A stretch of DNA of 42,958 nucleotides from Candidatus Omnitrophota bacterium (GTDB taxonomy: Bacteria; Omnitrophota; Gorgyraeia; Gygaellales; Profunditerraquicolaceae), in the NCBI GenBank assembly GCA_041308825.1, contig JBFZAU010000121.1:1-42958 (forward strand). The letters run 5' to 3'. Shown here piece by piece: positions 27,698 to 37,644 of this stretch (position 1 is its first letter; every line of letters starts with the position of its first letter). Under the pieces are notes generated by a model. It made no database searches. It saw only the letters and a program-made list of their open reading frames with translations, and was not told the DNA's origin. Both the position numbers and the translations under genes were made by a program.

Positions 27698-30116
27698 CGA
27701 GAAAATAATCCAGGTTTATATTGAGGATGAGGTTAAGGATTCCTATTTAAATTATGCCATGAGCGTAATTGTCGGTAGGGCCCTGCCGGATGCCCGGGAC
27801 GGTTTAAAGCCAGTGCACCGGCGCATTTTGTATGCGATGCGGGAGCTTAATCTTGAGCACTCCAAGCCCTACAAAAAATGCGCCCGCATTGTGGGCGAGG
27901 CGATGGGTAAGTACCACCCGCACGGAGACGCCGCCATTTATGATACGTTGGTGCGCATGGCGCAGGATTTTTCCCTGCGTTATCCTTTGGTTGACGGGCA
28001 GGGGAACTTTGGTTCCGTAGACGGGGATGCCGCCGCCGCCATGCGTTATACCGAAGCGCGCCTGGCCGCGATAAGCGACGAAATGCTGGGGGATATCGAA
28101 AAAGATACTGTCAATTTCGGGCCCAACTTCGATGCCTCTTTAAAAGAACCGCTGCTTTTACCGGCTACCCTGCCTAACCTTTTAGTGAATGGCTCAAGCG
28201 GTATTGCCGTAGGCATGGCCACTAATATCCCTCCGCATAATTTAAATGAAGTCTGCGAGGCAATCATTTATTTACTGGACAACCCCGAGGCAGAAGCTAA
28301 GGATTTGATGCGTTATATTAAGGGGCCGGATTTTCCTACCGGAGGGCTGATTTGCGGTAAAGGCGGGATTAAAGATGCTTACCAAACCGGACGGGGCAAG
28401 TTACTCGTCAGAGCCAGAGCAACGGTTGAACATCAGAAAAACGGTAAAGACCTGATTATCTTTACCGAAATTCCCTATCAGGTGCAAAAATCCGCGTTGA
28501 TCGAAGCGATTGCGGCATTAGTGGATGAGAAAAAGATTGAAGGGATCTCTGATATCCGCGATGAATCCGACAAGGAAGGGATGCGGCTGGTCGTTGAGCT
28601 GAAGCGCGACACCGAATCCCAGATTGTTTTAAACCAGCTTTATAAGCATACACAGCTGGAAACTACCTTTGGTATTATTATGCTGGCTTTGGTAGACAAC
28701 CGCCCCAAAGTTTTAAATTTACGCCAGGCGTTGGACTGTTATATTGAACACCGCCGGGTGGTGATCCGCCGGCGCACCCAGTTTGAATTAGATAAAGCCT
28801 TAAAGCGCGCCCATATCTTGGAAGGGCTGAAAATAGCGCTGAAGTTTATTGACCGGATTATCAGGGTGATCAAAACCTCTAAAACCGTGGAGAACGCGAA
28901 AGTTAATTTAATGAAGGAATTTGAACTTTCCGAGATTCAGTCGCAGGCAATTTTAGAGATGCAGCTGCAGCGTTTGACGGCCCTGGAGCGGGATAAACTT
29001 GATGCCGAGTACGCCGAGTTGTTGAAAAAGATCGAATTGTGCAGGGCGATTCTGGCTTCGGTAAAAAAAATTGAAGGGATCATCAAAGAAGAACTGCAGG
29101 AATTGGTGAAAAAATACGGGGATAGCCGCCGTACGGATATTGTGGGAGAGGCGCAAGAGCTAGAGGTAGAGGATTTAATTGCCGAAGAGGATGTGGTGGT
29201 GACGATCAGCCATGGTGGTTATATTAAACGCCTGCCGGTCTCATCCTACCGTAAGCAAAAACGCGGAGGTACCGGGGCAACTGCGGCGGAATTAAAAGAA
29301 GAAGATTTTATCGAACACCTTTTTGTGGCCTCCACCAAAGACTATTTGTTGATTTTTACGGATAAAGGGCAGGTGCATTGGCTGAAGGTTTACGAGATTC
29401 CCCAGGCCAGCCGTATATCCAAAGGCAAGGCGATTATTAACCTGGTGCAGATGGAGCAGATCGCCAAGGTTAGTTCGACTATTCCGGTTAAAGAGTTTTC
29501 CGCGGATAAATATTTAGTGATGGTAACCAAGCTGGGTCAGATCAAAAAAACTAAGCTGGATGCCTATGGTAATCCGCGCAAAGGCGGGATTATCGGGATT
29601 ACTTTGGATAAAGGGGATGCTCTGATTGGCGTGGAAATGACCGATGGGAAGCAGGAGCTGTTGATCGGGACCCGCCAGGGTAAAGCGATCAGGTTCTCGG
29701 AGGAGAAGGTGCGGGATATGGGCCGCGGGGCACACGGTGTGCGCGCGGTTTCTTTAGGGAAAAAGGACGAAGTGATTGATATGGTGGTGCCGCAAAAGGG
29801 CTCGACCATTTTAACCGTGACTGAACTTGGGTTTGCCAAGCGTACGACGACAGAAGAATACCGGTTGACCAGCCGCGGCGGCAAAGGAGTGATCAATATT
29901 AAGGTTACCGAAAAAAACGGAGAAGCGGTGAACTTAAAAACTGTAAGCGATAAAGACGGATTGATGGTGATTACTCAAAATGGAATATTTTTACGCTGTG
30001 CGGTGAAAGATATCCGGGAAACCGGGCGTTCCTCGCAAGGGGTGCGCTTAATTAAACTGCAAGATAAAGACCGAGTCTCCTGCGTTGCTCCGGTGATTGC
30101 TGAAGAAGAAGAGTAA
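27684..30116 (+). CDS. gyrA: DNA gyrase subunit A
   Basis: [37 protein letters not shown], the catalytic region [10 protein letters not shown] and C-terminal beta-pinwheel repeats. Confidence 0.97.
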   Translation: MYTRNEKIIQVYIEDEVKDSYLNYAMSVIVGRALPDARDGLKPVHRRILYAMRELNLEHSKPYKKCARIVGEAMGKYHPHGDAAIYDTLVRMAQDFSLRYPLVDGQGNFGSVDGDAAAAMRYTEARLAAISDEMLGDIEKDTVNFGPNFDASLKEPLLLPATLPNLLVNGSSGIAVGMATNIPPHNLNEVCEAIIYLLDNPEAEAKDLMRYIKGPDFPTGGLICGKGGIKDAYQTGRGKLLVRARATVEHQKNGKDLIIFTEIPYQVQKSALIEAIAALVDEKKIEGISDIRDESDKEGMRLVVELKRDTESQIVLNQLYKHTQLETTFGIIMLALVDNRPKVLNLRQALDCYIEHRRVVIRRRTQFELDKALKRAHILEGLKIALKFIDRIIRVIKTSKTVENAKVNLMKEFELSEIQSQAILEMQLQRLTALERDKLDAEYAELLKKIELCRAILASVKKIEGIIKEELQELVKKYGDSRRTDIVGEAQELEVEDLIAEEDVVVTISHGGYIKRLPVSSYRKQKRGGTGATAAELKEEDFIEHLFVASTKDYLLIFTDKGQVHWLKVYEIPQASRISKGKAIINLVQMEQIAKVSSTIPVKEFSADKYLVMVTKLGQIKKTKLDAYGNPRKGGIIGITLDKGDALIGVEMTDGKQELLIGTRQGKAIRFSEEKVRDMGRGAHGVRAVSLGKKDEVIDMVVPQKGSTILTVTELGFAKRTTTEEYRLTSRGGKGVINIKVTEKNGEAVNLKTVSDKDGLMVITQNGIFLRCAVKDIRETGRSSQGVRLIKLQDKDRVSCVAPVIAEEEE

Positions 30117-30129
30117 ATTTTAAACTGAA

Positions 30130-30290
30130 GTGTTTTTAACAGCTCCGCCGCAGGCGGGTTGGAAAAATAAGGGAATGGCTGTTAAAAACACAAAGGGGTG
30201 CGGGGAAAAATTTTTCCCCGCGGTTGGGGGAGAACAGTGCCTCCGGTAAATAAGAATATAAGCGTTAGGAGGGGGCTTGCCCCCTCCTAA
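30130..30290 (+). other. Three consecutive perfect hairpins downstream of gyrA (terminator-like or structured RNA)
   Basis: A: 30130-30143 gtgtttttaacagc pairs with 30178-30191 gctgttaaaaacac (14 bp). B: 30200-30221 gcggggaaaaatttttccccgc (22-nt perfect palindrome). C: 30265-30290 ttaggaggggg-cttg-ccccctcctaa (11 bp). None has a canonical U-tract. Confidence 0.5.
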
Positions 30291-30381
30291 GGAGTGAGCG
30301 TCAATAGAACCCTATATTGGTAATAGATAACGCTCAAAGTTTTATTGGGTCTGTAATATTGAATAAGCTGTAGCGAACGAC

Positions 30382-30456
30382 GACCCTGTCGTCTAGCCTG
30401 GTCCAGGACAAGAGCTTTTCAAGCTCTCGACACGGGTTCAAATCCCGTCAGGGTCA
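30382..30456 (+). tRNA. tRNA-Glu (anticodon TTC), CCA not encoded
   Basis: GACCCTG TC GTCT AGCCTGGTCCA GGAC A AGAGC TTTTCAA GCTCT CGAC ACGGG TTCAAAT CCCGT CAGGGTC A. Confidence 0.92.
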
Positions 30457-30542
30457 TTAATTTTAGAGGTGCTCTAGTCCTGCTTCGGCTGCGCAGGATT
30501 TCGCTAAATGTGCTTGCCTATGGCAAGCACAGGAGGGTGCTC

Positions 30543-32381
30543 ATGTGCGGGATAGTTGGATATATTGGTGCTAAAGATGGCCAATCCGTACTTTTGTCCG
30601 GCTTAAAGCGTTTGGAATACCGCGGCTATGATTCAAGCGGTATAGCATTAATCCTATCCCGCAAGAAAACCATCGGTGTCAGAAAAATCCCCGGTAAAAT
30701 AAGTGCTTTAGAAAAATTAGTTCAAGCCAAACCCTTAAGCGGTAACGTCGGTATTGCCCACACCCGCTGGGCAACCCACGGTGCCCCCAACCAGGCCAAT
30801 GCCCATCCGCATCTTGATTGCCGCGGCCAAATTGCCGTCGTCCATAACGGGATTATCGAAAACTATGAAATCCTTAAAAATCAATTGAGCAAGGAAGGGC
30901 ATATTTTTCGCAGCCAGACCGATACCGAAGTAATTGTGCACTTAATTGAAAAATTTTATAAAAATGTCCCGCTTGAGGAAGCAGTGGCTGCGGCGCTTAA
31001 GCTTTTAGTCGGTTCATTCGCGATCGGAGTAATTTCGGTACTTGAACCGAATAAATTAGTCGGAGCCCGCAGGGGGAGTCCTTTAATTATCGGTGTGGGC
31101 CGGGGTGAGAATTTTTTGGCCTCGGATGTTCCGGCGGTTTTAGGGTTTACGAAAGAAGTGGTTTTTTTGGATGAAAATGAATTGGTAGTTTTAGACCAGG
31201 AGCATTTTAAAATCAGCACCCTTGACGGCAAAACCGTTTTTAAGGCGATCACCCATATCAGTTGGGATATCGACCAGGCCCAAAAAGGGGGTTTTACGCA
31301 TTTTATGCTCAAAGAGATTAATGAGCAACCCCGGATCCTGGAAAATTTAATTAATTCCCGCATCCAAAAGAAGAGCGGAAAAATTTTCTTTCAGGAGCAG
31401 AATATTCCGGAAGCAGTGCTGAAAGAGATCAAGAGTATTTTTATTGTTGCCTGCGGTACGGCTTATCATGCGGGCTTGGTGGGTAAATATGTACTGGAAT
31501 CATTCTGCCAGCTGCCAACCCAGATCGATGTTTCCAGCGAATTCCGCTACCGGGACCTTCTGTTGGGACCGGAAACCCTGGTGATCGCGATTAGCCAATC
31601 CGGGGAGACCGCTGATACCTTGGCGGGGGTCCGGGAAGCCAAGCGGCACGGTTGCCAAGTGCTTGCGATCTGCAATGTTTTAGGTTCGACGCTTACCCGG
31701 GAGTCCGACGGGGTAATCTACACGCATGCCGGCCCGGAGATTGGGGTGGCTTCTACCAAGGCTTATACCGCCCAACTGGCAGCCTTGTATCTGTTTGCAT
31801 TTTATTTAGCGCAGATCAAAGGGGTTTTATTCAGCGCCAGAATTAATAAGCTACTGAGCGAGTTATGTAAAATTCCTCAATACCAGATCCAAATTTTAAA
31901 GCAACAGCAAAAAATCGCAACGCTTGCCCGCAAACACTCGCACTTAGGTTCGTTTTTGTATTTAGGCAGAAACGTAAATTATCCCTCCGCCCTAGAAGGG
32001 GCGCTAAAACTTAAAGAAATTTCTTATATTCCGGCGGAAGGGTATGCTGCAGGCGAAATGAAGCATGGCCCGATTGCGTTAATTGATGAATACCGGGCCG
32101 TAGTCTGTATCGTGCCCGCCTCCAAAGTTTATGACAAGATGGTCTCTAATATCCAAGAGATCCGTTCCCGTAAAGGTAAAATTATCGCCGTGGCCACCGC
32201 CGGGGATGCAGAGATCCGGGAATTAACCCGGGAAGTAATTTACGTACCCTCAACCGAAGAAGTTTTTTCTCCGCTGTTAGTGGCGCTGCCCTTACAATTA
32301 ATGGCTTATCATATTGCGGTTAAGCGCGGCTGTGATGTGGATCAGCCCCGCAATTTGGCCAAGTCTGTCACCGTAGAATAA
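30543..32381 (+). CDS. glmS: Glutamine--fructose-6-phosphate aminotransferase (isomerizing)
   Basis: MCGIVGYIG with the Cys nucleophile at position 2, two SIS domains and the C-terminal DQPRNLAKSVTVE. The start was moved to ATG 30543, which follows AGGAGG. Confidence 0.96.
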   Translation: MCGIVGYIGAKDGQSVLLSGLKRLEYRGYDSSGIALILSRKKTIGVRKIPGKISALEKLVQAKPLSGNVGIAHTRWATHGAPNQANAHPHLDCRGQIAVVHNGIIENYEILKNQLSKEGHIFRSQTDTEVIVHLIEKFYKNVPLEEAVAAALKLLVGSFAIGVISVLEPNKLVGARRGSPLIIGVGRGENFLASDVPAVLGFTKEVVFLDENELVVLDQEHFKISTLDGKTVFKAITHISWDIDQAQKGGFTHFMLKEINEQPRILENLINSRIQKKSGKIFFQEQNIPEAVLKEIKSIFIVACGTAYHAGLVGKYVLESFCQLPTQIDVSSEFRYRDLLLGPETLVIAISQSGETADTLAGVREAKRHGCQVLAICNVLGSTLTRESDGVIYTHAGPEIGVASTKAYTAQLAALYLFAFYLAQIKGVLFSARINKLLSELCKIPQYQIQILKQQQKIATLARKHSHLGSFLYLGRNVNYPSALEGALKLKEISYIPAEGYAAGEMKHGPIALIDEYRAVVCIVPASKVYDKMVSNIQEIRSRKGKIIAVATAGDAEIRELTREVIYVPSTEEVFSPLLVALPLQLMAYHIAVKRGCDVDQPRNLAKSVTVE

Positions 32382-33034
32382 TGCTCTATATCGTTGCCAC
32401 CCCCATCGGAAATTTAAAGGACATTACTTACCGGGCGGTTGAGGTTTTATCCGCAGTAGACCTGATTGCCTGCGAAGATACCCGGCATACTAAAATTCTA
32501 TTAGAGCACTACCAGATTAAAACTCCGACTACCAGTTTTTTTCAGCATAACCGTTTTGCTAAAGGCGAGTATCTGCTGGGACTATTAAAAGCGGGGAAAA
32601 ATATCGCTTTGGTTTCGGATGCCGGTACCCCGGGTATTTTAGATCCCGGCTATAATTTAATTAATTTGGCAAACCAGCATAATTTGGAGATGACTTATCT
32701 TCCGGGGGCCCTGGCCCTGGTAAATGCGTTGGTATTATCTGGCCGTCCGGCACATGAATTTTGTTTCGGAGGTTTTTTACCCCAGCGGTCCGGGGCGCGT
32801 AAAAATCAGCTGGCAAAGTTTAAAGATTATGAATGTACCATGGTTTTTTATGAATCCTGCCACCGCATTTTAGCCAGCCTGGAGGATATCGCAGCGGTTT
32901 TCGGGGAGCGGGAGATTACCGTGGCCCGGGAGCTGACTAAGAAATTTGAGGAAGTTTTGCGGGGGACCCCGCAAAGTATTCGGGAGAAGTTGGCTAAATC
33001 GAAACCGCGGGGGGAATTTGTGGTTGTAATTTAG
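32381..33034 (+). CDS. rsmI: 16S rRNA (cytidine1402-2'-O)-methyltransferase RsmI (short form)
   Basis: LYIVATPIGNLKDITYRAVEVLSAVDLIACEDTRHT and SDAGTPGILDPGY. Confidence 0.85.
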   Translation: MLYIVATPIGNLKDITYRAVEVLSAVDLIACEDTRHTKILLEHYQIKTPTTSFFQHNRFAKGEYLLGLLKAGKNIALVSDAGTPGILDPGYNLINLANQHNLEMTYLPGALALVNALVLSGRPAHEFCFGGFLPQRSGARKNQLAKFKDYECTMVFYESCHRILASLEDIAAVFGEREITVARELTKKFEEVLRGTPQSIREKLAKSKPRGEFVVVI

Positions 33035-33036
33035 TC

Positions 33037-33064
33037 TTGACAAAGAGGCAGGCAATGGTATACT
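33037..33064 (+). promoter_or_regulatory. Sigma70-like promoter of the pyr operon
   Basis: TTGACA, a 16-nt spacer, then TATACT. Confidence 0.55.
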
Positions 33065-33076
33065 TAAACAAATCAA

Positions 33077-33108
33077 CCTTTAAGCCCGGCTCAGAGAAGC
33101 CGGCAAGG
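33077..33108 (+). promoter_or_regulatory. PyrR-binding (anti-antiterminator) stem-loop
   Basis: cctt-taa-gcccggc-UCAGAGAA-gccggc-aagg. The loop resembles the PyrR binding-loop consensus ARUCCAGAGAGGYU. Confidence 0.6.
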
Positions 33109-33145
33109 TATAAAAATGAGACAGAAATTACGAATAGCCAATTTT

Positions 33146-33178
33146 ACCCAACCAAAAAAACCATGGTTGGGTTTTTTG
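33146..33178 (+). terminator. Intrinsic terminator of the PyrR attenuator
   Basis: acccaacc / aaaaaaaccat / ggttgggt followed by TTTTTT, about 150 nt upstream of pyrR. Confidence 0.75.
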
Positions 33179-33330
33179 TTGCCGACAACGGTGCGCCGCA
33201 GCATAGGCTAGAAGGTCAGCCACCTTGGCTTAAAGGATAGGCCAAGTGTCACCCTGGTGGGTGAACCAATGCTATTCCTATAGGCGTTGGGTGATAGTGA
33301 ACTAGCGTCGGGGATAAAGTAAGGTGGGCC

Positions 33331-33870
33331 ATGAAAGAAAAAGCCAAAATTTTGGATCAGGAAGGGATGAGCCGGGCGATTATGCGCATCTCCCATGAAA
33401 TTATCGAGAAGAACAAAGGAAGTGCCGGACTTTGCGTGATCGGTATCCGTAATCGGGGGGTCTATATTGCCCAGCGTATTGCCCAGCAAATTAAGCAGAT
33501 TGAAGGAATCGAAGTTTTGACCGGATCGTTAGATATTACCTTATACCGGGATGATTTAGCCTTAGCCTCCGGGCAGCCTTTGGTGCGTAAGACGGAGATC
33601 GATTTCGATATTAACGATAAAAATTTAGTTTTGGTGGATGATGTGTTGTATACCGGACGCACGATCCGGGCGGCGCTGGATGCGTTGATTGATTTTGGCC
33701 GGCCTAAGACCATTCAGTTGGCGGTATTAGTCGATCGTGGCCACCGGGAGCTGCCGATCCGGGCGGATTTTGTCGGTAAAAATATCCCTACTTCTAAAAA
33801 AGAGTCGGTAGAGGTGCGCTTGGCGGAAACCGACGGTAAAGATGAAGTCGTAATTGCGGAGAAAGAGTAA
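33331..33870 (+). CDS. pyrR: Bifunctional pyr operon regulator / uracil phosphoribosyltransferase PyrR
   Basis: [22 protein letters not shown], the PRPP motif [21 protein letters not shown] and [17 protein letters not shown]. Confidence 0.95.
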   Translation: MKEKAKILDQEGMSRAIMRISHEIIEKNKGSAGLCVIGIRNRGVYIAQRIAQQIKQIEGIEVLTGSLDITLYRDDLALASGQPLVRKTEIDFDINDKNLVLVDDVLYTGRTIRAALDALIDFGRPKTIQLAVLVDRGHRELPIRADFVGKNIPTSKKESVEVRLAETDGKDEVVIAEKE

Positions 33871-34802
33871 TGGTTTGGAACAAGAAAGATCTTTTAGGGC
33901 TTGAATATTTAACCGGGGAAGAGATTGAGTTGATTTTGGAAACGGCGGAGTCGTTTAAAGAAGTTTCCACCCGTGAAATTAAAAAAGTTCCCGCCCTGCG
34001 CGGTAAAACCGCAGTCAACCTGTTTTATGAGCCTTCCACGCGGACCCGCGTTTCTTTTGAGGTGGCGGCTAAAAGGCTTTCTGCTGATGTAATCAACATT
34101 GCTACGGAAACCTCCAGCGTCCGCAAAGGGGAAACTTTGATTGATACCGGGAAAAACATCCAGGCACTTAAAGCCGACATCATTATTATGCGGCATAATT
34201 GTTCGGGGGCGGCTAATATTCTAGCCCGCTCATTAGAGATCAGCGTGATTAATGCCGGAGACGGCTGGCATGAACATCCTACGCAGGCTTTACTGGATAT
34301 TTTTACTTTAAAAGAAAAGCTCGGCAAAATTAAAGGTTTAAATGTGGCGATTGTCGGAGATATCGCGCATTCCCGGGTAGCCCGTTCCAATATCTGGGGG
34401 TTGACTAAGCTGGGAGCCAAAGTAACCGTTTGCGCACCCGAGATGCTTTTGCCGGCCGGCATTGAATTGATGGGGGCCAAAACTTCCTGTAATCTAGATG
34501 AAATTTTGCAAAATGCGGATGCGGTAAATGTTTTAAGGATGCAATTCGAGAGAGACGAAAATGCAGCCTTTCCTTCCCAGCTGGATTATTTCAAAAAATT
34601 CGGGATTACGGAAGAAAGATTAGCCCGGGCAAAAAAAGATATCGTCGTAATGCATCCGGGGCCGATTAACCGCGGGATTGAGATGTCCAGCGGCGTAGCT
34701 GACGGGCCGAATTCGGTAATTTTGGAACAGGTGACTAACGGTATTGCGGTAAGAATGGCGGTGTTATTTTTAGTCAGCCAGGCCAGGGAAGGCAAGTCAT
34801 GA
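33870..34802 (+). CDS. pyrB: Aspartate carbamoyltransferase catalytic subunit
   Basis: FYEPSTRTRVSFE, HEHPTQALLD and HPGPINRGIE. Confidence 0.95.
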   Translation: MVWNKKDLLGLEYLTGEEIELILETAESFKEVSTREIKKVPALRGKTAVNLFYEPSTRTRVSFEVAAKRLSADVINIATETSSVRKGETLIDTGKNIQALKADIIIMRHNCSGAANILARSLEISVINAGDGWHEHPTQALLDIFTLKEKLGKIKGLNVAIVGDIAHSRVARSNIWGLTKLGAKVTVCAPEMLLPAGIELMGAKTSCNLDEILQNADAVNVLRMQFERDENAAFPSQLDYFKKFGITEERLARAKKDIVVMHPGPINRGIEMSSGVADGPNSVILEQVTNGIAVRMAVLFLVSQAREGKS

Positions 34803-34860
34803 GCCCCGCACTTTCTGTAAGCATGTGCGGACGGTTCGTCAATAAGGAAGAAGGTGCGGG

Positions 34861-36135
34861 GTGAGTATTTTGATTAAAAACGGCAGGGTGGTTGATCCGG
34901 CCAATAAAATTGATAAAGTCGCGGATGTATTGGTAGAGAACGGAAAGATAGTCAAAGTTGCCGTTAATCTGAAGGACCAGGCAGAGACGGTTATTGATGC
35001 TTCCGGAAAAATCGTGGCCCCTGGCCTGGTAGATATGCATGTGCATTTGCGTGAACCCGGACGGGAGGACAAGGAAACGGTTTGTAGCGGCACGGCCGCG
35101 GCGGCCAAGGGGGGTATTACTACGGTTTTAGCGATGCCCAATACTATCCCGGCGATGGATTCACCAGAGCACCTGGTTTTACTGCAGGGAATCATCAAGC
35201 GCGCCGCCCGGGTTAAAGTATTGGCCTGTGGGGCGATTACTAAAAGCCGATTGGGACAAGAATTAACCGATATCGCTGCGCTTAAAAATAACGGCGCATT
35301 TGCTATTTCAGATGACGGCGCATCCGTCGATAACGACGCCTTAATGCTGGAAGCTCTTCGGCAAGCTAAGGCAGCCAACCTTTTAGCTATTTGTCACTGT
35401 GAAGATAAGAAACTCTCCGGCAAAGGGGTGATTAATTTAGGGTTTAATTCCACCCGCCTTGGATTGCGGGGTATTTCTAAGGAGTCGGAATATGCCCGCG
35501 TCAAACGGGATATTATGCTGGCGCAGGAAGCGGGCGCCCGGGTGCATATTGCGCATGTCAGCTGCAGAGAATCGGTGGAGACTATCGCGCAGGCTAAACA
35601 AAAGGGGGTGCAGGTTACCTGTGAAACCGCCCCGCATTATTTTGCCTTGACCGAAGATGACATTGTCGATTATGATACTAATATGAAAATCAACCCGCCT
35701 TTAAGAACCCGCCAGGATGTCGAGGCGATTAAACGCGGGTTAAAAGATGGGGTAATCGATGCGATTGCCTCCGATCATGCTCCGCATACAGAAAATGAAA
35801 AAGATATCGAGTTTGAGCGCGCCGAGTTTGGTAAAATCGGACTTGAATCCAATCTGGTTATCAGTATTATGGAATTAGTCGAGAAAAATATGCTGGATTG
35901 GCCGGGCTTGATTAAAGTAATGGCCTTAAATCCTGCGCGGATCCTGGGGGTTGACCAAGGCACTTTAAGCCCCGGGAAGAGCGCGGATTTAATTATTGTG
36001 GAGCCCGCTACAGAGTTTGTGCTGGAAAAAAGCAAGATCCTCTCTAAATCCAAAAATTCGCCTTTTATCGGCAGGAAAGTAAAAGGCCGGGTGGAATATA
36101 CGTTGTATGAAGGGAAAATAATTTATCAAAGCTAA
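34861..36135 (+). CDS. pyrC: Dihydroorotase
   Basis: GLVDMHVHLREPG, a GTG start, and ASDHAPH. Confidence 0.93.
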   Translation: MSILIKNGRVVDPANKIDKVADVLVENGKIVKVAVNLKDQAETVIDASGKIVAPGLVDMHVHLREPGREDKETVCSGTAAAAKGGITTVLAMPNTIPAMDSPEHLVLLQGIIKRAARVKVLACGAITKSRLGQELTDIAALKNNGAFAISDDGASVDNDALMLEALRQAKAANLLAICHCEDKKLSGKGVINLGFNSTRLGLRGISKESEYARVKRDIMLAQEAGARVHIAHVSCRESVETIAQAKQKGVQVTCETAPHYFALTEDDIVDYDTNMKINPPLRTRQDVEAIKRGLKDGVIDAIASDHAPHTENEKDIEFERAEFGKIGLESNLVISIMELVEKNMLDWPGLIKVMALNPARILGVDQGTLSPGKSADLIIVEPATEFVLEKSKILSKSKNSPFIGRKVKGRVEYTLYEGKIIYQS

Positions 36136-36138
36136 AAG

Positions 36139-37377
36139 ATGGAATTTATCGCTGACTTTCACATTCATTCCAAGTATTCGCGGGCGACCAGCCGGGATAT
36201 GGATATTAAGCATTTAGCGCAATGGGCCAAGCTGAAAGGGATTACTCTGATGGGGACGGGAGATTTTACCCATCATTTGTGGCTGGAGGAGCTCAAGCAT
36301 TCCTTAGAAGATTGCGGCAACGGATTATTTAAACACGCCGGTATTTATTTTATGTTGACCGCCGAAATCAGCAGTATTTATTCTAAGGGCAACCGCGGAT
36401 ATCGCATTCATAATTTGATCTTTGCTCCCTCATTTGCGGCGGTGGATAAGATTAATCAGGCATTATTGAGCCGGGGGGCGAATTTATCCAGCGACGGCCG
36501 TCCGATCGTGGGAATCCCGGCGGCGGAGCTGGCTAGGATAGTGTTTGCTATCGATGAAAAATGCATGGTTATCCCGGGGCATATCTGGACTCCCTGGTTT
36601 AGCTTATTTGGGTCGATGTCCGGGTTTGATAAAATCGAGGATTGTTTTGAAGACCAGAGCTCCAAAATATTTGCCTTAGAAACCGGGCTCTCCAGTGATC
36701 CGGCGATGAACTGGAGATTAAGTGCTTTGGACAGATTTACTTTGATCTCTAACAGTGATTCGCATTCACCGCAAAAAATCGGCCGGGAGGCCAATGTTTT
36801 TAACTGCGAACTAGATTATGACACTATCCGGCAGGTATTAAGAACTAAAGACCGGAGTAAATTTTTGTATACGATTGAATTTTTTCCCGAGGAGGGTAAA
36901 TACCATTTTGACGGGCACCGGCTCTGCGGTGTTCGTTTAAGCCCCCAGGAGACGGCTAAGCAGGAAGGCAGATGCCCCAAGTGCGGTAAACCCGTAACCG
37001 TGGGCGTATTAAACCGGGTAGAGAAGTTGGCGGACCGGCCGGAAGGATTTAAGCCCGCCAACGCTATTCCTTATAAAAACCTGATTCCCTTTGATGAGAT
37101 TATTGCTTCGGCTAAAGGTTTGGCGAAAGCAGCGGTGAGTGTGGAGAGGGATTACCATTTATATTTATCTAAATTCGGCACCGAGTTTGATATTTTGCTA
37201 AAAGCTTCTCCTGAGGAACTAAATAAGAATCTGCCTCCAAAAGTAGCGGCAGGGGTCTTGTTGGCCCGGCAAGGAAAAGTCAATATTATACCCGGCTATG
37301 ATGGCGAGTATGGTACGGTTTCGGTATTTGCAGAAACTCAAGCGGTAAAAAGTGAAGAGCAGTTAAAATTATTTTGA
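36139..37377 (+). CDS. PHP-domain protein resembling the endonuclease Q (EndoQ / TIGR00375) family
   Basis: N-terminal PHP metal motif ADFHIHSKYSRATS, a later SNSDSHSP, and a Zn-ribbon-like CPKCGKPVTVGVLNRVEKLADR. The length of 412 aa is similar to archaeal and Bacillus EndoQ as I recall it. Confidence 0.55.
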   Translation: MEFIADFHIHSKYSRATSRDMDIKHLAQWAKLKGITLMGTGDFTHHLWLEELKHSLEDCGNGLFKHAGIYFMLTAEISSIYSKGNRGYRIHNLIFAPSFAAVDKINQALLSRGANLSSDGRPIVGIPAAELARIVFAIDEKCMVIPGHIWTPWFSLFGSMSGFDKIEDCFEDQSSKIFALETGLSSDPAMNWRLSALDRFTLISNSDSHSPQKIGREANVFNCELDYDTIRQVLRTKDRSKFLYTIEFFPEEGKYHFDGHRLCGVRLSPQETAKQEGRCPKCGKPVTVGVLNRVEKLADRPEGFKPANAIPYKNLIPFDEIIASAKGLAKAAVSVERDYHLYLSKFGTEFDILLKASPEELNKNLPPKVAAGVLLARQGKVNIIPGYDGEYGTVSVFAETQAVKSEEQLKLF

Positions 37378-37431
37378 AATGATGCCCCTGCCCTTAGATA
37401 AACTTAGGGAGGGGATTGGGTTAAATTAAAT

Positions 37432-37503
37432 GCCCCTGTAGCGCAATGGATAGCGCATTAGCCTCCGGAGCTAATGGTACAGGTTCGACTCCTGTCAGGG
37501 GCA
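37432..37503 (+). tRNA. tRNA-Arg (anticodon CCG), CCA not encoded
   Basis: GCCCCTG TA GCGC AATGGATA GCGC A TTAGC CTCCGGA GCTAA TGGT ACAGG TTCGACT CCTGT CAGGGGC A. Confidence 0.92.
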
Positions 37504-37644
37504 AAATTTAAAAATAAACAAAAGTGGAGTAGAATAGCATAAAATAAGCTAAAATTATAGTATTTATAGATAATTATACCCAAAATTGTTGCATTTTATG
37601 GCTAAAAGTGGAGTAATGAAATACTTAAATAGGAGCTTTAGATT

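Noticed and set aside
30457-30542. A glmS ribozyme upstream of glmS
   Set aside because: Only 86 nt are available and it contains just two simple hairpins. The ribozyme needs about 170 nt with a nested pseudoknot core.
33037-33240. The 67-aa ORF upstream of pyrR
   Set aside because: It begins inside the -35 element and reads through the PyrR-binding hairpin and the intrinsic terminator. It is a leader RNA, not a gene.
37384-37440. The duplicated atgcccctg at 37382-37390 and at the tRNA-Arg 5' end, read as a possible integration (att) scar
   Set aside because: The match is only 9 nt. There is no integrase or foreign-looking cargo between or beside the copies, so it is most simply chance or part of the EndoQ-gene terminator hairpin.
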